Source: Ancylonema sp. (taxonomy: Eukaryota). Taken from it: 20,000 bases of DNA. A model generated the notes under the pieces. That model saw only the letters and a list, made by a program, of their open reading frames with translations, did no database searches and was not told the origin of the DNA. The DNA is taken from assembly GCA_050230475.1 (NCBI GenBank), contig JBFLGF010000216.1, forward strand, positions 47,003 to 67,002. Direction: 5' to 3'. The stretch's first letter is position 1. The number at the start of each line of letters is the position of its first letter. The position numbers and the translations under genes were made by a program. Shown here piece after piece: positions 1 to 11,245 of this stretch.

Positions 1-30
1 CGAAGCCCAGGGCCGGCAACAAGAGGCGGG

Positions 31-55
31 CATTCCAACAGCGGTATCTAGGACC
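31..55 (+). other. Possible decayed LTR-end/PBS junction of an older retrotransposon
   Basis: CATTCCAACA followed by GCGGTATCTAGGACC, resembling ...CA-N-TGGTATCAGAGCC (tRNAi-Met 3'-end PBS). Confidence 0.25.
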
Positions 56-1602
56 GCCGAATTTCCCCTAAAGTAGGGAACCGTGATGCAAACGGTGGCG
101 CATATTGCTACCCATGAGCGTCGTCACTACAATCAAGGGTACACCCTCGACGATGACCCGTACCTTCATAATTGTTACATTCCACATAAACCTGCGCCCA
201 AGTTGCAAGCCGCGGTCGAGTGTACACCACGCCTAAGACGTTCGTCCAAACTAGGTGTCAAGGAAGTTGTGGGAAGAAAAGTGACATGGGATTGTAAAGG
301 ATCGACACTACGCGTTTTTGGTCCATTCCGCTACTTCTCGATATTTGGCTAAGTATGGATTGTGCTTGTAAGCAGGTTTGCTTGTGGAGAGGGTTACTGG
401 CCGGGTAGCAGCGCCCCGAACTTCAATGTTATTAATCCGGCGCACGGTTGCGCCCTAATTATTATTGGTTCGTTAATAGATATTGCAGTCGCCGCTAGAC
501 GACAATATTTTATTCGGCATTCGACGGTTCGAAGTGCCACTCCGCACGCACGGTCTAACCGTGCAGACCAATAGATAAGTGACGTATAGTCACTTATCAT
601 GCAGGGCTTGGAGCCCGCATCGACAATTCAACTCGTGGAGCAAGTCAGTGACATGAGCAATCAGTGTGAGCTAAGGGAGTGTAACACCCTAAACTGAATT
701 AGAGTCGGAGCTCGATTCGTTGGAGGACTCTGCCTTCAAGAATTCACGCAAGATCTAGAGGGCAATTAGTTATGTATTGACAAGCCCTAGTTTGCGTAGA
801 TCTGTATCCATCGTGACGAAGGGTTCGAGTCCTTTATGCTTATTAAGTTCAAATTTGAAACGTGTATTGCCACAGGGCACTGTCTTTCAAGGATTCTATC
901 ACAAAATCTCCTTTGAGGTTTGAGGAAGTTATGAAAGACACCACCTCCCAACCTAGCTCTTGGTTGGGAAAGCGCCTCGCACGGAAGCTGGTCTCTCTTG
1001 GTGATCTCCCCTTAACTTCAATATCTTCCCTTCCTCTCCTACTGACGCCTCAACTGACCTTACCTGTGCAGTAGACACTCTACCTGCTGCAAAGCTTCCC
1101 TCATCCTAGCCAGCTCTTTAGGAGCCTTCCCTAGCAACTACCCCACCCTTTACGATGGAAGTTCACACTCGCATGGGCCCTATCACGGGATCAGATTATA
1201 GGAAGGACCCTGAGAAGGCCCTGAAGATGCCGCGTAAATGATATATTCGCCCTTTTGGAGTTTTAGAGCCTGGCACTATGGCTGAGGACAAGCCCCAGCT
1301 CAGAGGCTAATCTCCGACCCTGCTATGGAGGTCGTAGAGCGTGTGCTGAAGACGGCGTGGACAGCTAAGCACCACCTTGGCGCAGCTGCGGGAAATACTC
1401 ACGTTGTGGTAGAGGAGACGAAGGCGCGGTTTTTAATGACGCGGTCAGCGTCTTGAACTTAGAAGAAGGGGTGTACAACTAGCACCTAGTGGGATCAGAC
1501 ATATTGGTACCTCAAGCTAGTAGTCGTGTCAAGGACGTAGTATTCGCTTCACCCACACCTAAGTAGCCAGCTCTCACTCCCGAGAGGCACTCCCAATTTA
1601 TT

Positions 1603-2082
1603 GTGCCAGCCCTCTCCACTTTCCTTTCAGATGTGCAAGCTCTTCTTTTGGACCCCTCTTCTTCCTCCGTGATCCCTCCCAACCTTCGGAACATCATCGA
1701 CTGGCAAAAACAGGGTACACACCGTGCCTCCATTCTAGTCAAATATACCTTGCCACACGCGGCATCGATACATTGTCAGTATATGGAAGCACGTGTCACC
1801 TACACTTCGTCGGACACATTCATGCAGATCCCAAACGAGGATTTGTTACATTCCACAAAAGAGGAGGACGTTCTCACAAAATTTGAATTTCGCATTATAG
1901 AAGAAGAATTGTACCATGAACCACAAGATTTTCCAATCGCATCAATTGACACTGAGTACCAACCTCACATGCACGAATGGGAAACCAACATCATGGTTTA
2001 CCTAGCCACGACCAAACGTACCGACATTCGTCAAGCACACCGACCACAACTCAACTCTTCATTAGTTTCATCATTTTTGTAA
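1603..2082 (+). other. Open frame of 159 codons, unknown; possible remnant of a TE or host coding region
   Basis: Longest ORF outside the copia element, protein-like composition, followed by T-rich UTR-like sequence. No ATG at the listed start and no recognisable motif. Confidence 0.25.
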
Positions 2083-3044
2083 ATTTCGTACAATATGATT
2101 CAATCCATATTGTAGTTTTTTGTGTGATGGGACTTATGTTGGTTTTTTTTTTTTTTTTTTCCCCTTTTATTTTATCACGTTTGGCAATGAGACACTGTGT
2201 TTTTTTCGGTGACATGCGAGATCGCGTCTTGTTGGATGTTGTGATAGTACGAGGCTTTTAATATTATTCTCCACTAAAATCGAAATGGGTAGTATCTATT
2301 CCAAATTATGATTGCATCACCATACTTAATTCTCCGTACGAGCGAAAAATCCGTTTGCTCCTCGTACTGTGGATCGACATGTGGATCTTTTGAGCCCCAA
2401 AAATTTCCCGACCCCATGAAATATTTTTGTGTCGTTGTATACGTCTGCGAGTACGCACTCCAATTGTCGATGTTTTACGAGGATGTGAGTGGTGCAGAGG
2501 TTATGCTCAGCCCGATGATTTACGCAAACTTGTGGAATATTTTGGGATATTATCCACCGTAAATTATCCACGTGAATGTTCTTAGCATATTTTTTTAGCT
2601 ATGCTCACGCCATAGCGTCCGCAATTTATAATTATTTGCGCATGTAAGTGGCAGAAGTCGAAAATGAAGATGATATGCGAGGGCGTAGCGGATGCTCTTA
2701 GCTTTTAGCCAATCGAATTTACATGGGAACTTGTTCCACGTTATATTCAATTTCTTACTTAAGATCATAGTTGAGCATGGTCTTCCCCATGCTCCGATCG
2801 GAGCCAGATCGGATCCGACGCATATCGGAGCGGAATAAAAAAAAAACGATTGAATCGGACCCAACTTCGTTTGAAATATATTCGACTTTCGTCCCGACGA
2901 CTAAGTTTGGCCAAGGTGGAAATTTGCTCACATCACACATGACAGGGCTCTATTGTACAATTGTGTATAATGACTTATCACAATGTATCAAAAAAATGCG
3001 ACCACATGTTCGTCTCATTGTATCAATCAGTCCCCATCAGCAAT

Positions 3045-3861
3045 ATGCAAGACCTCTTTGTTATGAAAGGCTAGAAAACTACGCATATGTACAAGCAAAA
3101 CGCCAAGTATGTTGATGTGGTGTTTACACATGTACTTCCACAATGTTACCTCTTCTCTCGATTGCGTATATTTGACAACAACGCTTCCATGTACCGAGGG
3201 CCCCTAAAAGTAGACTCCAAGGAGTACACTACAAAGAGGAGGAGCGTGTTTCTCTCGCACCTAAATTATATGACACAGGCCATCGCCATGTGATTCACAT
3301 GAATCGAAAATACGTTTGTCCTTCTCACGAATCTAACAGAACGGTTCGACCCACTATCCTTTCCGGAAATCACATAGTGAAGGGTCTCTAAGGACTTGAA
3401 GTAAACGCACTTTGGCAAGCTCAACTTTCTCCTTCTTTTCCAGCACGCCAATTGAGGTTAGGACTCGCTCACGAGCTTCCTCAAGCACTCGTTACTCGTC
3501 TTCTACACAGAGTAGAGATGTTCAAGTCATAAAATTGGACAAAGGTTAACTAAAGCCACATAATTAAACCGGATTTATAAGACCAAGGCACGGGCTCCAT
3601 TCCTCAATGGTGTGACTATTCGAAGCATCGCCTGGTTGTAAGCACACGTTGTAAGCACATTCCTAGCTACCACGACCGGGCAAATATTTACGGAGCGCAA
3701 GATACAAAAGATAATTCCATGGACCATATCAATAAATAAACGAGAGCCAACATGAATTAGTGGAGGAAACAACTCACCTGTCTCCGAAACGATGTCCGCG
3801 CTCCAAGCATAACGATGACAAAGCCCAACGCCCCAAACCGGTGATAGAATCAAAATCTAGG
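3045..3861 (-). pseudogene. Decayed unknown gene, copy A
   Basis: Colinear similarity to 16565-17386. Shared GAGACAG/GTGAG donor and an acceptor before EDE*RVLEEA...VLEKKEKVELAKVRLLQ. Contains stops and frameshifts. Confidence 0.55.
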
Positions 3862-4130
3862 GATGTGGTAGGGAGTCATACCCCCAAATGGTTCCCAAAT
3901 GTGGGGATCGTCTTGCAAAACCCGGGGTTAGAGGCGTGCGGTATATGAAGGTCAATTGGAACTGCATCCGAAACGAATGGGTATACCTTTCTATGCATTC
4001 CATTGTGGTAATGGTTGGTAACTTTGTCGATGGCCGTACGAAAATACTGTGCACTATTGATGCGTATGGTCGTGAGTTGGTTGACTGCATGGTGTTCGTT
4101 GACTTGTGCCATTGTTCTGGCTGCAGCACT

Positions 4131-4943
4131 CAAGGTTGTACCGGGACGGACAAAATGTTTGCAAACGCCGTATTGCAAACGCGTACGTACGGAATACGTC
4201 CGTAAGGCGAAATGACTTCAAATATTTGCATTTTGCAAACGTTTTGCGATTGTTTGCATTTCGCAAACGTTTGGCAAACGTCCGCAAATTTATTCCCAAA
4301 TAGGCCCGTCCCCGGCTAAGCCGTGGACCCATTATATCCGGCGGACTCTTTGTTTTGTCGTACCCCCGGTTTGTCCCCATTAGTTTGTTGTATCCCCATT
4401 TACGTCATCATTACATTCCCCCCGCGATTTCCTTGTCCCCGTCGTTTTTCCTTGTAGCACGTCCCTATTTTGTCGTGTCTCCCGTTCCATCATCATATCT
4501 TGGCCCGTAGCCCGTCTCCCGTTCCATCATAGATTATGTTTGTCGTGTGTGAGACAAAATCTTTCAGTTTTCTATAAATATATAGCATCTGACGGGTGAG
4601 CGTCGTTCACGACCCTGTCCCATACCCCGTTGCTGTCAAAATCCCGTGTTGTCAGTAGATTTTGTACGGATTCACGACCGAATCTACCTGTTTAAAACAA
4701 AAACCGGAGTCGTTAGTACGGATATGTAAGGACATGTACGGACTATACGGATGCAAAATTTTGCAAGCGCAAACGTTTGCATCCGTACAGCCCGTACCCG
4801 TTTGCCGCATTTCACGGCCGTCTTCCGGACGTTTGTGGGCTAATCCGTACGACGTTTGCATTTACCAGGGACGGCAGATTTCTCTCGGCCCCGTCCGGTA
4901 AACGTGCCGTACAGAATAGGGGCCCCGTCGTAGTGCAATGGTG
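4131..4943 (+). mobile_element. Non-autonomous hAT-like element (MITE family A), copy 1
   Basis: Homologous throughout to the reverse complement of 17706-18104 plus 19047-19482. Termini CAAGGTTGTA / TGCAATGGTG. Flanking 8-mers GCAGCACT (4123-4130) and TCAGCAAT (4944-4951) match 6/8. Dense GCAAACG and CGTACG subterminal motifs. Confidence 0.8.
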
Positions 4944-5063
4944 TCAGCAATGTGTTTCTCATGAGCTGCTTGTTGTTGCAGAATCTTTGGTGCCATGCGC
5001 AGTTCCACCTCTTGGTTGATGGATTTCCAGATGGCCTCCATCTCGGAGTTTCAAGATGCCTTC

Positions 5064-5518
5064 TATAAGCTTTTGAGTGATTAGACTTGCCGGAATATTT
5101 AGGTGGGCGACAAAACGAACCGTACGCAAAAGGATCTCTTTCACTGATGATCAACGATACAGGAGTTGCGTGTGTGGAACGAATTTATTATTGTGATTGC
5201 ATCGGGGATGGTAATACCCGATGCGCTTTACAGTTTGTTGCGTGCCGACGGTCGGCACAATTGACCGTCGGCCTATCATTGGACTGAAAGCTCTTCTACA
5301 TGTCAACGGCACATGCCGGACATTTCTGACACGACTAAACTAGCCAGTCACGACGCTTCAACCAAATAACGTCTCTAAGCGTCGGAAACATGTCAGGTGC
5401 CCGGGCACAAACTTGCCCGGCCCCGCATACAGGCACATCTAGAATATTGCTCCCGGTTTAGAGTAACCGGTCACTGGACTAGCAAGCATAACATATGGCT
5501 ATCCAAAATATTCTAAGA
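5064..5518 (-). repeat. 3' LTR of copia element (455 bp)
   Basis: Direct repeat of 11246-11690. Preceded on the minus strand by GAGGGGGTG and followed by the TSD. Confidence 0.95.
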
Positions 5519-5521
5519 GCA

Positions 5522-5530
5522 CACCCCCTC
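5522..5530 (-). promoter_or_regulatory. Polypurine tract
   Basis: GAGGGGGTG on the minus strand just upstream of the 3' LTR. Confidence 0.8.
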
Positions 5531-6231
5531 GGATGCCATGCTAAAGTTGGCATAGATGCAGACATCAAAAGGAGTACCCAAGTCATTGCATCATGGCAGA
5601 ACCATTGCATAACATATAAAACAGTTTTGTACTTCCCTAGCATACAAGTGTGCTAGGGGATTCTATCGATAGCAGCCGTTCGGAAGACGATCGGAAGACG
5701 ACGGAGCCGATCGGAACTCCAGAAGACATCGCTCCAGATCCTTAGTCGTTTTTCGGGCCGAGCCCTGCACATACAAACAAATGCCACAAGTTAGGCGAAA
5801 AACAAAAAAACTTATGAAAATATTTTTGATTTCTTACTTTTTCAACTTCACGATTCTGAAAACTTCACACTTTCCAGTCAGAAAAATCTCAAAACAGCAT
5901 AAAAACTTCAAAATTACTACAAGTCCTCTCAGCACCAACTTTTTGGACACAAATTTTGCAACAATGATTAGGACATACATACGAAAATTCAGAAACAAAC
6001 TGACAAGTTTAAAGTTGAGCAGATTCACACTTTTTCTGATTTTACTTAAGCGTTTTCAAGTCTTTTAGAGGTATTTGGGTGAAAATGTGACTTAGCTGAT
6101 GAGCTGAAGTTGTGTACCCTCCCCATTCCTTCTGCCTGAAAAGAAACATAACAACACACCCCCTGCCAACATGCATGGCATCGAAACCTTCGATCATAAA
6201 AATAAAATAAACGACTGACACCCCCCCCAGT

Positions 6232-6720
6232 TCAGTATAACCGTCCAAAACCTAGACTTTTGCTGTGTCTGTCCAGTAAAACTTGACTTGGGGTAGAGCT
6301 TTAGTTAGCATATCTGCTGGGGTTGATTTGCGCCTGCAAGATACACATATTTTATTTAGTCTCCCCGTGCTGTGGCATTCCCGTACCCTACCCAGTGATA
6401 TACCACATTAAAATGTTTTGCTTTCTGTCTCTCTTTGCACAGGATTCTGGATCATGGAGAGAGCTGAGGGTTGAAATCAGTGTGGATTGTGATTTTGGTG
6501 TGGGAATTTGAGTTCTTTCAAGAGAGACCTTTAGATAACAGCATTCTTTAGACACACTGCAGGCAGCAATATACTCAGCCTCAGCAGTGCTCTGTGCAAC
6601 AGTTGACTGTTTCTGTACTTCCAACTCAGTGCTGTCCCCCCAACCGTGGTTACCCATCCCAGTGACCTGACTTCCCCTGTCATGCTACAACTGTTCCATG
6701 ATGCATCGCAGTAAACCCTT
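6232..6720 (-). pseudogene. RNase H domain
   Basis: YCDASW near 6700; KQSTVAQSTAEAEYIAA; ADMLTK near 6300-6318. Confidence 0.88.
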
Positions 6721-6979
6721 TACTTCAAATAATGTCCTTACCCACAAAACGTTTAGTCCGTGGTTCACAGTCCCTTTTTTCAAGTATCTGAATAGTTAAT
6801 GTAGAGCCCTTATGTGTGCCACCCCAGGATTCCCCATGTGTTTTGCCAGTACCCCAAGTGCATACCCGATGTCCAGTCTGGTTTGTTTCATGGCATACAT
6901 ATATGAGTGATCCCACTTTCCCACGAAAGTCTGTTATTTCTTCTGGGGTAGGGGGGTTGGTTCATCATTCTGTGTGATG

Positions 6980-7780
6980 AGTTCCAGGGGCGAGTGGGAG
7001 TTTGGTTGGATTACACTCGTGCATCCCATAGCGTTCGAGCACTCCCCTTAAGAAACCTGACTGTCCCAGTGTGAGCAGTCTTCTCTGTCTATCCCTCTTC
7101 ACTTCCACCCCCAGGATATGGGTTAGGGGACCCAGATCCTTGACTTTGAACTTTTTACCCATATCTTCTTTAAAAGTTTTGACGACCATTGCGTTAGGAC
7201 CTGTGATCACCTGATCATCTACATGTATGATTCTGCTGACTGCTTCCCCCCTCATATCTATACATGTGTCCATTACGCACTGTTTAAACCCTTCAGATAT
7301 CATAAACTTTCTGTACATTTCCTGCCATTCGTGGCTACTCTGCTTGCTACTCTGCTTTACCGTTATAAAGCTTCCCCTTCAGTCGTAAGACCTTTCCCTC
7401 CAGCACCCCCCCATTGATATGCATCCGTGGTGATATTTTCATGTAAACTTCTTCTTCCAGACGTCCATGCAGGAACGCTGTGATTACGTCCATCTGTTCC
7501 AGTTCCCAGTTAGATTGGTTTGCTATAGAGAGGAGTAGGGTGAGAGATGTACTGTCGATTACTGGTGCAAATACTTCGTTATAGTCAATACCCTCTTGCT
7601 GTAAGAATCCCTGTGCGACCAGACTGACTATATATCTTTCAATATCCCCCTGTGGAGTTGTTTTGACCTTAAAAACATATCTGCACCCCACAGCCTTTTT
7701 ACCTGGAGGAAGCACACACACCTCAAAGGTGTTGAACGTCTCCAGGGCTGCTAACTCCTCCACAATGGCCCTGTCCCACT
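6980..7780 (-). pseudogene. Reverse transcriptase (copia RVT_2 type)
   Basis: LPPGKKAVGCRYVFKVK; LVAQGFLQQEGIDYNEVFAPV; QMDVITAFLHGRLEEEVYM; HVDD in place of YVDD; KDLGPLTHILGVEV. Confidence 0.93.
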
Positions 7781-8239
7781 GGTCCAGTCTGCCTCATCAT
7801 CGCATGGTTGAGGGTGAGTGGCTCGGAGGAGTTGCTGTTAGATGCTACGCACGCGTAGCCCGGATCCACAGGACCTGAAGCCAGTGTAGAAACTGCTAGG
7901 CTCCCACTCAGTCGCGATATAGAGTTGTCGTGTGCTGCGTCATCAAACTCCTCCCCATCACATCACATGAGATCCCCATACTCGGCAAAGTTGGCTCGCC
8001 TTCTAGCCATCACCCGATCAGCTATACTGCCAGGCTCCCCCACTTCTGGGTTCGCAACCCCTCCTTGCACCTCCTCCTCCCCTGCATCTCCACCTCCTGC
8101 GTTGTTGATCCCTGACAGGCTGTCAGACAGCACAATCGTGGCGTTAGAGACCTCAGCAGCTTGTGGCTGGAAGTTGTCGTGCGGATAGTCGTTGGCAGCT
8201 GCTGGCTCAGGGACTGCTGGTTCTGCTGGTGCTGGGATT

Positions 8240-8352
8240 GGCTGCAGAACTGCTGGCATCGCTGCTGCTGCTGGCATGTTGGGGTGGACTGCTGCTGCTG
8301 GCACCACTGCTTGTTGGGGTGGACTGCTGCTGCTGGAACAACTGCTGCAGCT
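8240..8352 (-). repeat. Pro/Ala-rich low-complexity repeat in the IN-RT linker
   Basis: Two copies of CCAGCAGCAGCAGTCCACCCCAAC (PAAAVHPN) plus degenerate CCAGCAG units. Confidence 0.75.
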
Positions 8353-8439
8353 GGTTCATCTTCAGGGTCGGGGAAAAGGTAGAAAAAGTGTTTTTCTGCT
8401 GCCTCCTGAATCTGGGGAGCTCTCCCCCCCATCAGCTTC

Positions 8440-9350
8440 GGGTACCCCGGCACCTCCTCAAAGAACCTCACGTCCATGCGTGATATCACCCCAGCTCTAT
8501 GGGGATCGAAAACATTGTAGCCTGCACTCCCCGCAGAGCCATCCCCAGAGAAACACACCAAAGCAAGTACGAGGGGCAAACTTGTCCCCTTGACTGTTCT
8601 TTTCCCCCCCAACCTTCAAATATTGGACCAGACACCCGAAATTATGACTTTTGTTAACTGTCATTCTCTTCCCCTCCCAGACCTCAATTGGAATTTTCCC
8701 AGAAAGCGACTTAGTGGGTGTTCTATTCCTCAACCAGTTTGCATGTAACAATGCCGTCCCAATAAGACTTCGGTAGACCTGACCAGATTAAGATGCATCG
8801 CATTTTTTCTGTCAATGTTCGGTTCAGTCTTTCACCGATTCCGTTTTGTTCAGGACTATCTGCTTCTGTGGTTTGTTTATCAATACCCTTCCCCCCACCG
8901 TAGTTTATCCAGTCCTGAGACACATACTCCCCTCCCTTATCTGTCCGAATAGACTGTAGGGGCAAACCTGACTATACCTCGAGCAATTGTATAGTGACTC
9001 TTGCTCGGTTCAGTGCTTCATCCTTTGTTTTTAACAAGCTGACAAATGACAGACGTGTGGATACCTCTATCCCGAGCATATGTAAATCCGTATTCCCTCT
9101 AGCTGACCTGACAGACAGTGGTCCAATGAGATCCAGGTCCAGGCGACCCATCTTGGGGCATGTCCCCAGATCTGCACTGACCTTAGCATGACTGAGCTGA
9201 GTCATCTTCCCCTGACTTCCCCTGACAACAAACCTGACATCCCTTTACTTGAGTTAATTCCCCCTGACTTAACTCTGGGATGTCCCCACGTCTGGCGAAA
9301 TCTGACATCACATCATAACTGGGGTGACCCAATTTGTGTTGCCAGACCAT
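8440..9350 (-). pseudogene. Integrase (HHCC zinc finger, DDE core, C-terminal region)
   Basis: WQHKLGHPS...CQVCCQGK; LDLDLIGP; IRTDKGGEY; SPEQNGIGERLNRTL; WLRNRTPT; FGCLV; GDKFAPR; GYNVFDP; DVRFFEE. Boundaries approximate. Confidence 0.92.
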
Positions 9351-9479
9351 GCCTGTGGACAAATTCGCTGTAGTATCATGAGATCCACGCATAACGATTG
9401 TGGCAGCAAGCAGAGTCAGACCAAGCCCATTTCACATATCCCTTGTTTAATTCAGGACCCGTGGGCAGCTGTAGAAAGC

Positions 9480-9760
9480 TCAGCCCACCTCTTCTGACGA
9501 GGCACGATGTCGACACGAGGGTGCAGGCAAAGGTTGGGACGTGGATCGAGCTGAGTGGCTGCACAAAAAAAGTGTCGCCATTCCTCACTCGGATGTGCAC
9601 GAAACCAGTGCCCTCCACCTTGTGTGACGAGCCGTCAGCAGTGGTGATGATGGTAATGAAGGCCTGCTGCGTGCTCAGGGTAGGTGTTGTGTACTCCACA
9701 AACAAAAATGTTCACGTGCCGTGAAAATGTGGTCTGTAGCACCTGAATCCAGGATAAGGG
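9480..9760 (-). pseudogene. Aspartic protease domain
   Basis: ILDSGATDH catalytic motif, then TADGSSHKVEGTG and HVPTFACTLVS in a shifted frame. Boundaries approximate. Confidence 0.88.
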
Positions 9761-9935
9761 AGTCTGTGTGAGAACCGGCAGCAGACAATGCCCGGGCCAC
9801 ATCGAACGAGAAAGCACCGAAAGCTAAATCATCCACATTAGCGTTGAAAGGTTTGTCAGCAAAGCGAGCAAGTCTAGCTTGTGCATCAGCCCTCCTAGCC
9901 TCTGGGTTCAATAGAGCCATGTCAGATGTTTTTTT

Positions 9936-10987
9936 GCAATGTTCAATTGTGTGACCGACAATGTTATATCTGCACTTTTGCCTCCCCCCTGAACTTCCCT
10001 GAGTAGCGTGCGCGACATTTCCAGCTGCTGGTGATGACGCAGGGCATTGCGCAGCTCGGTGGCCTGCCTGATGGCACTTGTGACATTTCCATGGCCCCGT
10101 ATGGCCTCCGCCAGATGGTGAAGGGCAGTTCGCTCTGATGTGCCCGAATTTGTGGCAGCCGAAGCATTCGACGCCTGCAGCGTCTCTGCGACCAGCTCCA
10201 GTCGCACCACCAGATCTGCTGCTACCTCCAGCTCCATTCCCCCCCCCAGGTCCGCCATAATGCGCCTGGTGTCCTCCGGGCAGCTCCCCTCCGGGCAGCG
10301 CCCCCCTTTTTCGATCGTTCAGCTCTTTCCGCACGTCGAGCGCACTCACGATGTGTGGAATCGTGAAGAGGTGTGGCGACGACTCGGACCATGGCATCAG
10401 CGTTGAAACCATCGGACTGTAATGCGTGTTCAACGAATTCAGCACGTTGATCGCTGCTTCGTCGGAGATACTGGCGCCCCCAAATTCTTAAGGTCCTGAT
10501 CAGCGCTGCAGACGCTTCACGTACACGTTGAGGTCCTCTGCCTCCGTCTGAATATAGCGCTTAGCAATGCCTCCGTATTTGCGATTCGACGCACCCTGCA
10601 CCTGGTAGAAGTCCGCAGAGCATCCCACATGCCGGCAGCTGTTGTGCAGTCCGTGACGTGCGTCAGCTCCGATGTGGCCCCAGGTGCTTCACAATATAAG
10701 ACATAAGCAAGATTATCCTCGTCCCATTTCTCCAGCTCCAGCAGCTGCTGGGAAATCTGCTGGTCTGACTGTCGCACCAACACTTCGACATCCACGTCGA
10801 TCCCCCTGGCGGCAAATTGCAGCTCGTGATCAGGTGTCAATGGAAGGATTACGTCTGGGCGACACTTTCGCGGCAAACTACTGTCCCAATCCATCACCAA
10901 ACGGTGCAGTTTCTTATCCGCCAGCCCATACTTGAAGGCCCATCCTGTATAAGCTCCAGTAAATTGAGGGTGCGACCTATCCGACAT
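9936..10987 (-). pseudogene. gag: Gag region with three CCHC zinc knuckles
   Basis: TTAAGMWDALR (copia Gag motif); CFGCHKFGHIRANC (10125-10166); CHKCHQAGHRAAQC (10044-10085); degenerate CRY-NIVGHTIEHC (9936-9974). Confidence 0.88.
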
Positions 10988-11231
10988 TATGGCAGCTATT
11001 GTGTAGGACTTTACAAAAATTCTCGCACAGCTCGAGTTCTCAGTGCAATTCCTGCACTGCAGCACTCAGCTCAAAAACTTGCAGCGCAATATCAGAATTA
11101 CGTGCAGACCTTAACCAACCACGAATATATTTGCGCTCACTGGCAGAATATACCGTTCACAGAAGAGATTACCGCAGCATCGCGTGGAGCCTTTAGTTTT
11201 TAACCTACACGGCGTCTGAACTAGACCGCAC

Positions 11232-11245
11232 GTGGGCCCATAACC
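11232..11245 (-). promoter_or_regulatory. Primer binding site complementary to the anticodon arm of initiator tRNA-Met (half-tRNA priming)
   Basis: Minus strand reads GGTTATGGGCCCAC right after the 5' LTR. It is complementary to GUGGGCCCAUAACC of plant tRNAi-Met and is the same PBS type as Drosophila copia. Confidence 0.9.

Larger units (their letters stand above)
6232..10987 (-). pseudogene. Copia gag-pol polyprotein, multiply frameshifted
   Basis: Starts MSDRSHPQFTGAYTGW at ATG 10987. Fragments in changing frames cover Gag, protease, integrase, RT and RNase H, ending near TGA at 6232-6234. Confidence 0.93.

Noticed and set aside
2766..2870. hAT element starting CATAGTTG with TCGGA repeats
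   Set aside because: No matching right TIR or TSD found; mentioned only as a possible fragment.
4015..5019. ORFs with similar peptides at 4-5 kb and 17.6-19.6 kb
   Set aside because: Similarity comes from translating non-coding MITE copies; no consistent frame.
5781..6068. env-like or extra ORF in the copia 3' region
   Set aside because: Short AT-rich frames on both strands with low-complexity K/F/L composition and no motif.
7925..11203. Plus-strand ORFs within the copia element
   Set aside because: Antisense shadows of GC-rich gag-pol and low-complexity linker sequence.
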